Part shown: positions 38,307 to 48,000 of the stretch, one piece after another
Layout of the letters: each line of letters begins with the position of its first letter
Numbering within the stretch: the stretch's first letter is position 1
Assembly: GCA_964519305.1 (NCBI GenBank)
Contig: CAZFHY010000001.1
Coordinates: forward strand, 314,132-378,131
Length of the DNA stretch: 64,000 bases
Direction: 5' to 3'
Source: Candidatus Undinarchaeota archaeon
GTDB taxonomy: Archaea; SpSt-1190; JASMDC01
Notes under the pieces: generated by a model
The model's database searches: none
What the model was told of the DNA's origin: nothing
The model's input: only the letters and a program-made list of their open reading frames with translations
Program-made: the position numbers and the translations under genes

Positions 38307-40149
38307 GATCCATGTACTGTCCGACGTCGTGGCGAACCAGATCGCCGCGGGTGAGGTGGTCGAGCGGCCTGCTTCTGTAGTGAAGGAGCTTGTGGAGAAC
38401 GCTCTGGACGCCGGATCTACCCGGATCGAGGTGCGCATCACCGATGGCGGTAAGGAGCTTGTGGCCGTGCGCGACAACGGCCGATCCATGACCGCCGAGG
38501 ACGCTGAGCTCTGCTTCGAACGTCACGCCACATCAAAGCTCGTAACCATCGATGACCTGGGCGAGCTGGGCACCCTGGGATTCAGGGGCGAGGCGTTGCC
38601 CTCTATCGCATCCGTCGCCCTTGTGCGGCTGGTCACCTGTCGTGATCCGCTGGCGGGAGCGACCGAGGTGCGGGTTGAGGGAGGTCGGACGGTATCGGTC
38701 CAGCCCACCGCTGCGCCCACGGGCACCGAGGTAGAGGTGCGCGAACTGTTCTTCAACACGCCCGCCCGGCGCAAGCATCTGCGTGCAACGGCAACGGAGC
38801 TGGGCCACGTCACCGAGGTCGTGAACGCCGCCGCACTGGCCCACGCCGATATCTCCTTCAGCCTAGAGCACGGGGGGCACACACTCCTGCTGACGCCGGG
38901 TTCCGGCGAGCTCAAGGCCGCGGCCATGGCGGTCCTGGGCAAGGACGTCGCCCGGTACATGGTGGCCGTGGACGACGACAGGGACGGAGTGCGTGCGTAC
39001 GGCCTCATCGTACCCCCTGACGCCCCGGCCCCGCCTGCTCGACCGCCTTTCGTGTTCGTCAACGGTCGACCTGTGCGCATGCCCCTCCTGCGCCGCGCGC
39101 TGTCAGAGGGTTACAGGGGCACCCTCCCGCCGGGCAGGAACGTGCCACCAGGTGTGCTCTTCATCGAGGTAGATCCATCCGAGGTCGACGTGAACGTCCA
39201 TCCCGCCAAGCGCGAGGTGCGGTTCGTCCACCCGTCCAAGGTGGCCGACGCCGTGGCCGCAGTGGTGGCGGACGCGCTCGCTGCACGGGCTCCGGTCTTC
39301 CGTGCCGCCGGTGCGGGGACGCCCTTGGCACCATCGACGCAGCAGGAACCATTACCGGGGACAGTGGGTGCTGACAGGGCGGCTCGGGGCATTCTCCGGC
39401 CCACCGCCAGGCCCGCAGGGAAGGTCACTCCGGCCAAGGGCAGTGTCGGGACGCGGTCCGGCCAGGTCCAGGCGGTGCTGGCAAGAGCACAGGAAACGGC
39501 GCCATCAGGCCGGACCGATACACCAGTCGAGGACCTGCCCCAGCAGGATCGGTTCGATGGACGTTTCGCAGGTCTTATCTACATCGGCGAGCTGTTCGAC
39601 ACCTACCTGCTCTTCCAGGGACGTGACGAGCTGCTGATGGTCGACCTCCACGCGGCCGCCGAGCGCGTCAAGTACGAACAGCTCGTACGGTCGCACGCCG
39701 ACGGCGATGTCGGAGGCCAGGAACTGGTGGCACCCCTGGTGCTCGAACTAGGACCGCGGGAAGCGGTGCTCCTGAAGGACCGGTTGGACGAGCTGGCCGG
39801 ATTGGGGCTAGTCATCGAGCCCTTCGGCGGGAACAGCTTCCAGGTGTGCCGCGTGCCCGTCGTGCTCGGTAGGACCGCCGGTCCCGATCAGGTGCGTGCG
39901 CTCATCGATGACATCCTCCGCCTCGGAAAGCCCAAGCACAGGGAGTCACGAACGGACGCCATCCTCAAGATCATGGCCTGTCGCGGCTCCATCAAGGCAG
40001 GCGAGCGCCTCACACCCGCGCAGGCCGAGGACCTGCTCCGCAAGCTCCTGCTATGCGAGCACCCCTGGAACTGCCCACACGGCAGACCCACAATCGTCGG
40101 CCTGTCCCGTACGCGTATCGAGAAGGACTTCTCAAGGATTGTAGCGTAG
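38296..40149 (+). CDS. mutL: DNA mismatch repair protein MutL
   Basis: IAAGEVVERP, KELVENALDA, HATSK, GFRGEAL, DVNVHPAKREV, ACR, CPHGRP. Confidence 0.95.
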   Translation: MMTEIHVLSDVVANQIAAGEVVERPASVVKELVENALDAGSTRIEVRITDGGKELVAVRDNGRSMTAEDAELCFERHATSKLVTIDDLGELGTLGFRGEALPSIASVALVRLVTCRDPLAGATEVRVEGGRTVSVQPTAAPTGTEVEVRELFFNTPARRKHLRATATELGHVTEVVNAAALAHADISFSLEHGGHTLLLTPGSGELKAAAMAVLGKDVARYMVAVDDDRDGVRAYGLIVPPDAPAPPARPPFVFVNGRPVRMPLLRRALSEGYRGTLPPGRNVPPGVLFIEVDPSEVDVNVHPAKREVRFVHPSKVADAVAAVVADALAARAPVFRAAGAGTPLAPSTQQEPLPGTVGADRAARGILRPTARPAGKVTPAKGSVGTRSGQVQAVLARAQETAPSGRTDTPVEDLPQQDRFDGRFAGLIYIGELFDTYLLFQGRDELLMVDLHAAAERVKYEQLVRSHADGDVGGQELVAPLVLELGPREAVLLKDRLDELAGLGLVIEPFGGNSFQVCRVPVVLGRTAGPDQVRALIDDILRLGKPKHRESRTDAILKIMACRGSIKAGERLTPAQAEDLLRKLLLCEHPWNCPHGRPTIVGLSRTRIEKDFSRIVA

Positions 40150-40210
40150 CGGGGGAATCCGCACGATTTATAATATGTAGGACCGTCCTCCCTAGAAGGG
40201 GGACAGGCCT

Positions 40211-41668
40211 ATGACAATCCGTAAGTCGCTCACAAAATCCAAGATCATCTGCACACTGGGACCTGCGACCTCCTCACCCGAGCAGATAAAAAAACTGGCA
40301 GAGCTCGGGATGGACTGTGCACGTATCGATTTCTCGTGCGGGACTGTGAACGAGAGACTCTCATTGTTCAAGAACGTCCGGAAGGCGGATGAGACCATCC
40401 CTATCCTCTGCGAGCTCCAGGGACCGAAGATCAGGATCGGAAAGATGCAAAATGGCGGGGCCGTCCTCCTACCGGGGAACAAGATAACGATCACGAAGAA
40501 GGACGTCCCCGGCACCTGTGAGAAGATATCGCTCCCATGTAAGGACCTCTACAAAGATCTGAAGCAGGGCGACCTGTTCTACATCAATGACGGTATCGTG
40601 TGCCTGAGGATAGAGACCATCTCGGAGGAGGAGATGGAGTGCACTATCCTGTCGGGTGGGTTCATCTCCAGCAAGATGGGCGTGAACACACCGTCGCTCG
40701 TCTTCCCGTTCACGGTACCGACAGGGAAGGACATACAGGACCTCTGGGTCATCGCCGATCTCGATCCCGAGTTCGTGGCGGTGTCCTACGCGGACACCGA
40801 GAGCGACGTGCTAGCAGTCAAGAAGATCCTGACCGAGCGCGGTAACGACAGTATCAAGCTGATCACGAAGATCGACCGACCTATCGCGCTGGCCACGTTC
40901 GACTCCATCCTTGAGGTCTCAGATGGCATCATGGTGGCACGGGGCGATCTGGGTGTTGAGATACCCCCGGAAGAGGTGCTCCCCTACCAGAAGGAGATGA
41001 TCAGGAAGTGCAACATCGCGGGAAAACCTATCATCGTGGCCACCCAGATGCTCGAGTCCATGGTGAAGTCCCCTATGCCCACACGAGCAGAGATATCTGA
41101 TGTGTTCAACGCGATCGAGGACGGCGCCGACGCCGTCATGCTGAGCGCAGAGACCGCATCGGGCGACTACCCTGGTGAGGCGGTCGAAATGATGGAGAGG
41201 GTGATACGGGTGTCCGAGGCACTGATCCCCCAGAGGAACCCCGATAAATACGACTCGGAGAACGAGACCACGTCAGAGATGATCGGTCACCTTGTGTACT
41301 CAGCATGCAAGGAACTGAATGACATGCAGTACAAGAAAGGGATGATCATCTGCCTCACCCATAACGGCTACACTGGGCGCATGGTGTCGAAGTACAGGCC
41401 GGCACTGCCCATTCTTGGGATCACTTCCCATCCGCGGACGGCAAGGGAGATGAGGCTGGTGTGGGGTATAGAACCGCTCCTGATACAGGGACTTGACGGA
41501 TCTGAGGACAGCCTTACCCTGATACGAAGGTCCATCAAGGGCTGTTTCGAGAAGGACCTCATCGAACAGGACGAAACGCTCATCATCGCCGCCAACATGC
41601 TGGACCGCCCCTCGCAGACGAACATGGTCGCCGTCTTCTCTGCCAGGGATATCCTGAAGGACCAATGA
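40211..41668 (+). CDS. pyk: Pyruvate kinase with several altered active-site motifs
   Basis: KIICTLGP, GPKIRIG, MVARGDLGVE, ATQMLESM, PTRAE, DAVMLS. Confidence 0.9.
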   Translation: MTIRKSLTKSKIICTLGPATSSPEQIKKLAELGMDCARIDFSCGTVNERLSLFKNVRKADETIPILCELQGPKIRIGKMQNGGAVLLPGNKITITKKDVPGTCEKISLPCKDLYKDLKQGDLFYINDGIVCLRIETISEEEMECTILSGGFISSKMGVNTPSLVFPFTVPTGKDIQDLWVIADLDPEFVAVSYADTESDVLAVKKILTERGNDSIKLITKIDRPIALATFDSILEVSDGIMVARGDLGVEIPPEEVLPYQKEMIRKCNIAGKPIIVATQMLESMVKSPMPTRAEISDVFNAIEDGADAVMLSAETASGDYPGEAVEMMERVIRVSEALIPQRNPDKYDSENETTSEMIGHLVYSACKELNDMQYKKGMIICLTHNGYTGRMVSKYRPALPILGITSHPRTAREMRLVWGIEPLLIQGLDGSEDSLTLIRRSIKGCFEKDLIEQDETLIIAANMLDRPSQTNMVAVFSARDILKDQ

Positions 41669-41750
41669 TCCGGACAACCTAGGTGGGATCGCTGTCTACA
41701 GCGGGTCCGAACAGCACCTGAACCCGATGCCCGGCAGACCGTAACTGGGG

Positions 41751-42296
41751 CTATTCTTGGGACATGACCGGTCGTACCACGGGAGTCACTACGCCAGCAT
41801 CCTTCTCGAGCAGGGCTGCGGGGATGCATACCTCGAAGTACGGCCAGCCGTACTTGGAGTTACTAGAGTACACCATCATGTTCCGTGCCCGGCACGGATG
41901 GAGCGCGCACAGGTCCTGGCGGGGGCTTCTGTCCCTTGGCGGGATCGTGCATCCGGGATCGGCCCCGGGCATGCATCCGTTCTGGACGTACCAGATGCAC
42001 TCGGTGGCGTCTGCGGGATCGTCCGTGTCATCATGGTCGGGCGGCACGCAGTACTTGGGATCCTCGTATATGTTCCAGCTGCCACCAAAGGAGAACGCGC
42101 ACTGTACCGCACCGTCCCCGCCAGCCCCTTCCTCCAGCAGGTCGACGAACCCGTCCGATGAGGGTAGTGGCGGGGCGATGTTCACGAGCGCGGACCACAG
42201 CCCTACCGCGATCACACCGATGATGAGCAGATTAACAAGGTTCTCATTACCGGTCCCTTGGACTGCGGGACTGTCGTCCGTCATTGCGCTACTCAT
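41751..42296 (-). CDS. Membrane-anchored Cys-rich protein
   Basis: One N-terminal TM segment, eight Cys downstream; GGTGA RBS; overlaps the upstream stop. Confidence 0.6.
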   Translation of the reverse strand: MSSAMTDDSPAVQGTGNENLVNLLIIGVIAVGLWSALVNIAPPLPSSDGFVDLLEEGAGGDGAVQCAFSFGGSWNIYEDPKYCVPPDHDDTDDPADATECIWYVQNGCMPGADPGCTIPPRDRSPRQDLCALHPCRARNMMVYSSNSKYGWPYFEVCIPAALLEKDAGVVTPVVRPVMSQE

Positions 42297-43725
42297 CACC
42301 CTCGGTAGCCGCCGGGCTCTCAAACTCGACACATCCTGACAGAGCGTCCTCGGCACCTTCGGCCTGGTACGCGAGCCTCCCCCGATGGATTACTGCCAGT
42401 GGCATGATCGGATTATCGATATTGGCGAGCACCACGTCGGCTGGCCGGCCCTCGGCGAGCACTCCCGAGTCGAGCCCGAAGACGCCCGCAGGCGTGCTCG
42501 TGAAGGTCGGCAGCACCCGCCAGTACTCCTTACCGGTCTCCTTACAGGCGGCCAGTACACGTCCTCTGATGGGATCATGGTGACCTGCGCCGTAATCGGT
42601 GGAGATTATGTCTGCCGCACCCTCCTCGATGAACCTTACAAAGGTCTCCAGCTCGTCGGCGAAGCCCTCTCGGGCCGAGTTGAAGGTCGAGGCACCGGCA
42701 TAAGTAGGGTACTTACGCCGCTTCTTGATGGAACTGACCCATGCCATCGCCTCGTCGGGCGGGATGTTCGGATGGTTCGTGTGACCCAGCACGAGAATCC
42801 GGGGCAGGTCTGCGATCCTCTCGATGACGCCCAAGGATGGGAGCCCGGTGTGGACGAGCATTGGAGCTCCGGTCATCATGGCCATCTGGGCGGCATATCG
42901 TGTGCTCTCCATCTCTTCCTTGACCGCAGGGCCCAACCGCTCCACAACGTCACGCCGGATCCCCTCCATCGATCCCATCGGTATGCCAAGATCGGCCGCT
43001 GCCTCGCGGTACGCCTTTATCTCCTTGGGCGACTCCCGGGGTGTGAGCGTCCGCAGGTCGTACAGTGCCTTCTTAAGTCTCTCCCCGCCCCGTTCGCCCA
43101 GCTCGACGCCACACCGCGCGCGGACGATGCCCGGGATGATGCGGTAAGCGGCGACGCCACCCAGGAATGTCGCGCCCGAGCCCACTTCGCCCACACCGAT
43201 CACAACGTCAGGATGGCGCTTGATCTGTGTCTCGGTGTCCAGGAAGCGTACCTCGGCGAGCCCGCACCCGTCCACGCAACGCGCCGCGGCCAGGGCGTGG
43301 GGGTTCACATTGGAGAGCGTGTAGATGGAAAGGTGGGGGAAGGCCTTACGGACAGCACGCACCTTGAGAGGATCACAGAAGTTGTCCGCCGATATGATCG
43401 TTCCGGTCCCCTGCCGCAGGTGTATCCGGAGGTTCTCCACCGTTTGCTCAGGTACCGGCGGCTCCGAACCGCTGGAGAAGAGCGGCGTGCCGGCGATTAT
43501 CCCGTGGGCGTGGATGTTGACAACCGAAGGTTCGGCGACGAGTTCGCACTCACCCTCGCCCCCGGGTGTTATCGAGGCGATGGTCCCGTCGGGAGCGAAC
43601 CTGATACTCGCATTCCTCGACGGATTCTCCCCGGTCCCGTCAAAGAGAAGGACGTTGTTAAGTGTCCTGACAAGAGGGCCGGGAGCCTCCCCCTCTAGTA
43701 GAACTGCTTGATCGTTTCCTTCCAC
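42289..43725 (-). CDS. Metal-dependent amidohydrolase
   Basis: VNIHAHG, LVHTG, GHTNH, ISTDYG, GVLAEGRPADVV; start (GTG 43725) uncertain. Confidence 0.78.
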   Translation of the reverse strand: MEGNDQAVLLEGEAPGPLVRTLNNVLLFDGTGENPSRNASIRFAPDGTIASITPGGEGECELVAEPSVVNIHAHGIIAGTPLFSSGSEPPVPEQTVENLRIHLRQGTGTIISADNFCDPLKVRAVRKAFPHLSIYTLSNVNPHALAAARCVDGCGLAEVRFLDTETQIKRHPDVVIGVGEVGSGATFLGGVAAYRIIPGIVRARCGVELGERGGERLKKALYDLRTLTPRESPKEIKAYREAAADLGIPMGSMEGIRRDVVERLGPAVKEEMESTRYAAQMAMMTGAPMLVHTGLPSLGVIERIADLPRILVLGHTNHPNIPPDEAMAWVSSIKKRRKYPTYAGASTFNSAREGFADELETFVRFIEEGAADIISTDYGAGHHDPIRGRVLAACKETGKEYWRVLPTFTSTPAGVFGLDSGVLAEGRPADVVLANIDNPIMPLAVIHRGRLAYQAEGAEDALSGCVEFESPAATEGDE

Positions 43726-44924
43726 TTCCGCACCCCGGTTCGCGAGAGCCCCATGGCCGCGAGCGTCCTGCCTTCCTTGATGATGCGTCCCATACCGAGG
43801 GCGATCACCTCGTTGATGACGCTCTGGTGGACGGGCACGTCCATACCGAGCGCCCTGCCCAGCGACCACATGGGAACAACCCTGGTGGGTAGCTCCTCGG
43901 TGAGGTAGCGGTGGGTCAGGATACTGGGTGCAGGCGACACTGCTGGATCCCCGTAGTACGGGGTCTTGGGATCGTTGAGCATCTCGTGGAGCGAACGACG
44001 TCTGCCCTTCTTGTCATTGAGGGCTATGTCGTACGCCACGTTGAGGAAGGTTCGGCAGGACTTCGCAGGCTCCATGCCCAGGTTGACCGAGATCCGGGCC
44101 CGTTCCTCGTCGAAGCGCTCCATCCGTGCAGTCATCCTCTTGGTGAAGCTGAGGTAGAAGTTGAAGGGACCCCGATCACCCCTGGCGACTGCCATGATCT
44201 TGCTGACGTTACCGAGCATGCCCAGAGCATGGAAAGCAGGCGAGTCGTGGACGCCCTCCTCCAGGGGATCGTGGCAGGGCTGCAGCTTTGTCGGCAGGAA
44301 GAACGGCTGGACCTTCGCCATGTTCTTCTCCATTGGCTTAATGGGGATACCGGTTGCGAGCAGGTTGTTCTTCTGGCGCTTGAGCAGGGAGGTGACCGTT
44401 CCCTCTTCGATGTTCACGAAGGCCTTGCAGGTGATGCCCAGTGTCTCGGTGCCCAGGATCTGCACTGACTTGCGGATCTTCTGCTGGCGCTCCGAACCGG
44501 AGTCCTCGTGCAGGATCTTCCGTGCGCAGAGGGTGCCGCCCACGCCATCCGAGTGGATGATGAGGTGGGCCCCTTTCCGGTCGATGTGGGGTGCGAGGCT
44601 CCTGACCAGTCCCCGGTGGTGATGGGCGGGTGTGAGTAGGTGAATGTAATCTGCGCCGGTCACAGCCTCGGCTATGTCGTCGGTGACCTTGGGCAGCTTG
44701 GAGATCTCATGGGCGGTCTTGATCTTCGCCGGGTCCTTAATGTCCGCGATCTTGAAGGTCCACGATTTCGCTTGCTGTAGGGCCTCGAGGCGCTTCTTGA
44801 GCCCTCCCACCGTGGGCTCGAAGAGTGTGAGGTTCTTGGCCGGTACGACCTTGTTGAGGATCCATAGGAGGGAGTACGTGATGCCCCCCTGCCCTGCACC
44901 GATGACTGCGACCTTGCCTCTCAT
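43695..44924 (-). CDS. NAD(P)-dependent opine (octopine/nopaline) dehydrogenase family protein
   Basis: VAVIGAGQGG, FNFY, DEER, HRYLTEELP...SLGRALGMDVP, GRTLAAMGL. Confidence 0.78.
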   Translation of the reverse strand: MRGKVAVIGAGQGGITYSLLWILNKVVPAKNLTLFEPTVGGLKKRLEALQQAKSWTFKIADIKDPAKIKTAHEISKLPKVTDDIAEAVTGADYIHLLTPAHHHRGLVRSLAPHIDRKGAHLIIHSDGVGGTLCARKILHEDSGSERQQKIRKSVQILGTETLGITCKAFVNIEEGTVTSLLKRQKNNLLATGIPIKPMEKNMAKVQPFFLPTKLQPCHDPLEEGVHDSPAFHALGMLGNVSKIMAVARGDRGPFNFYLSFTKRMTARMERFDEERARISVNLGMEPAKSCRTFLNVAYDIALNDKKGRRRSLHEMLNDPKTPYYGDPAVSPAPSILTHRYLTEELPTRVVPMWSLGRALGMDVPVHQSVINEVIALGMGRIIKEGRTLAAMGLSRTGVRKWKETIKQFY

Positions 44925-45046
44925 GGAAGGGGGATAGATTCCGAACAAATAAAAGAATGAGCGTGACGTTCCGACGGCGAGGCCGTGGGGGATTCACCCT
45001 AAAAAAACGTCGCGATATTTAATAACTGCTTGACTCATCCTAAAGT

Positions 45047-48000
45047 ATGGGAGACCGAGGAAGACTATCAATCGTACTGCTGGTAACCATAATTATCGCG
45101 CTCGCCATGGCCCAAGGCGCCAACACGAAGGTGCTGCCCCTTGTGGTCCAGCGTTATTACGAACCTGGCGAGACCATGGAGGTCAAGCTCGCCTACTTTG
45201 ATGACTCCGGGCTCGTGACCGGTGAGCCCACCATAATCCAGCTCACCGATCCGCGTGGTCAGGTGATGGACAAGCAGACAATCACGCCCTCGGGATCCAC
45301 TGCGTCCTATACCTACAAGATCCCCATGGGGACACCGCCCGACTACCAGGACCCGTGGTTCGGCAGCTGGACCATGACGGCCTTGATGGGTAATTACATG
45401 AAAGCGGTCACCTTCGACGTACGGCGCCAGGTAGGCCGCCGGTACCACCGCGGGCTGTACGAGAAGGAGGCCTACATCTCCCAGCATCCCTATGCCAACG
45501 ACGCGGCCATCATAATCTCCCCCCGCACCTCCGTGCTCCCGTCCGGCGTCGACACTCCGCTCCCGGTCACCGCTATCCACCGGTTCGGCCCGTACCGTGG
45601 GGTGATGATCGTGCGCGTGTACACCGACACCGAGAAGGTGTTCGAGGAGTTCACCTGGGTGGAGGACGGGACGTACGTACCGACAGTGAACCTCGAGCCC
45701 GGCTCATACCACATCGTCGCGGATATATTCCCCGGCGAGGGTCGGCGCACACAGGCCACGAGCCTCACCGCAGCTCCTGCGATAGTGCTCGTACCCACGC
45801 CCGACAGGTGCAACGTCTTCGTTGTGGTGCTCCTCGATCCGGCTACCCTGAAACCGGTCCCGGGCGCCTCTGTCACCGTCAACGGCGTCACGCTCACGAC
45901 AGATACGGCCGGTCACGTGCTGTTCCCCAAAGGCTCGGTAGCCAACGATCGGACCTCGATCAGCTACACGCTCCCCGACGGCAGGAAAGGGAGCTACGAG
46001 GTGGGCACCTACTCCTCTTGTTCGTCCTCGTCCTGGACCGACATCGCGTTCGCCACCGACAGGCCCATCTACAATCCTGGCCAGACCGTGTTCTTCCGGG
46101 GCTACTCCTGGAAGTGGACCGGAGAGCGTGTGCTCCCCGTCTCCCAGAAGATCAAGGTCACGCTCCGCAGCAACCGGGGGTTCACCATCCTCGAGGAGAC
46201 CGTGACCAGCAACGAGTACGGTATCTATGACGGCCATGTCACCCTCCCCATGAACATCGATGAGGAGACCTACTGGTTCCAGGTCGACGGTGGCCGGGGC
46301 CAGCAGATCGAGGTGAAGTTCTTCGAGAAGAAGCAACTTATCAGCGAGATGGAACTGGACAAGGAGCACGAGGGCTACGACCACGGTGATGTGGTCAAGG
46401 GCAACGTCTCCCTGCGCTACTACTTCGGTAAACCGGCCTCCAACAGCGACGTGGAGCTCACCGTTTGGTGGGCCGCCCGCGAGCCGGGGAGCGGCTACTA
46501 CGGAGGGCCGGTCTACTACGACGAGCCCATGTACTACGGGGGAGGTATGGACCTCTACGAGCCCATGATGGCCAAGGAAATCTCGTACCGCGGCATGCCG
46601 TCACCGCCCTGGGGGGGCGGGCCCGGTCTTGTCAAGCTCCAGGTCTACAAGCGCATCAATCTCACCACCGACACCGACGGCGTCGGCTCCTTCGAGGTAC
46701 CTCTGGAGGAGCTGAAGGGCACCCACATCATCGTTGATGCCCATATAACCGATCCCGCGGGCCGCACGGTGGACCTCTCCAAGAACGCCAAGCTCGCTCC
46801 CGAGGTGACCGTGAACGTCGCCATGACCTACTATCCGGGGAACGAGACGCTCCACCTGACGGCCACGAGCAAGGGTACCGACGCATCGAACCTCCGTTCC
46901 ATGACGATGGATCTCACTGGTGTCCCCCCCGACGGGGAGCCCGAGAAGATCAAATCCCTCACCCTCGACCCCACCACGGGCTCGAAGGTCGAGCAGGACT
47001 TCACGGTGTCCCGTGACGTCGCCCTGAAATACATGTACCTGGAGGGCGAGCTAGGGGTCGTGGACCGGTACGGACGCGCCTGGGGCGCGTTCGGCCAGGC
47101 GGTCTCGGGCAAGTACGAGCTCACGCTCACTCCGCGACTGGACGGGGAGAAGGTCGTTGCCGAGCTCGCTCTTATCGACACTCTCACGGGCGAGCCGGTC
47201 AGTGACAATGACATGCGCTGGTCGTTCAACGGCCCCATGGCGGGACAGTCTGTCGGCATCCATATCCAGACCTCTTCCGACGGGACCGAGACCATCGGTG
47301 TCCCCGTGCCCCATCATCCCGAAGGCCTCTACGCTATCTCCGCTACGGCCACCATCGGGTTCAACGAGGAGACGGGCTACGACAGGGGACTCACCCTGAC
47401 CGTGCAGCGTCCGGTCGTGCTCGGTACAATCCGCACCGCGCGACTGTGGACCCTCACACAGGAGGTGGAACCTGGCGATGAGGCGCGGTTCGTCCGCCAG
47501 TACAACGGATTCGATCCCGATGCGGTCATCGTGGAGCGGCACTACATGCGCAATATCCCCCTCCGGACCGTCGTTCGCACAGTGGGCGACGGCGGGAACG
47601 TAACGGTTGGGATCCCGACTAGTGAGGACGACCTGGGCGGTGTAGGGCTGGCCGTGTTCGTCGTTGGCACAAACGGTATCACATACCCTCTTGGTGGCCA
47701 GGCCAGGCTCAAGCTCAAAGGGTTGCGGACAACCATCAGCGTCGACCGCGAGGTGTATGAGCCCCGCGACGATCTAACTCTCACTGTAACGGTCACGGAC
47801 AAGGAGGGCAGGCCCGTACCGAACGCTGCCGTAGGTGTGAAGGTCGTCGACCAGTCGGTCATCGACGCGTCCGAGCGCGGTGATGTCGTTTCACGACCCC
47901 TCTCCCGCTCCTGGTCTATCACATCGAACGCGAACTTCCAGGGCAATATGAACATGCGACGGATGTACGGCACGCCCGTCAGCGATCCCGCGAAGCTGGA

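Noticed and set aside
42385-43698. Long antisense ORFs (also 57931-59058, 50243-51319, 48758-49798, 29780-30658 and others)
   Set aside because: Shadows of well-supported genes on the opposite strand, expected at high GC; no recognisable motifs.
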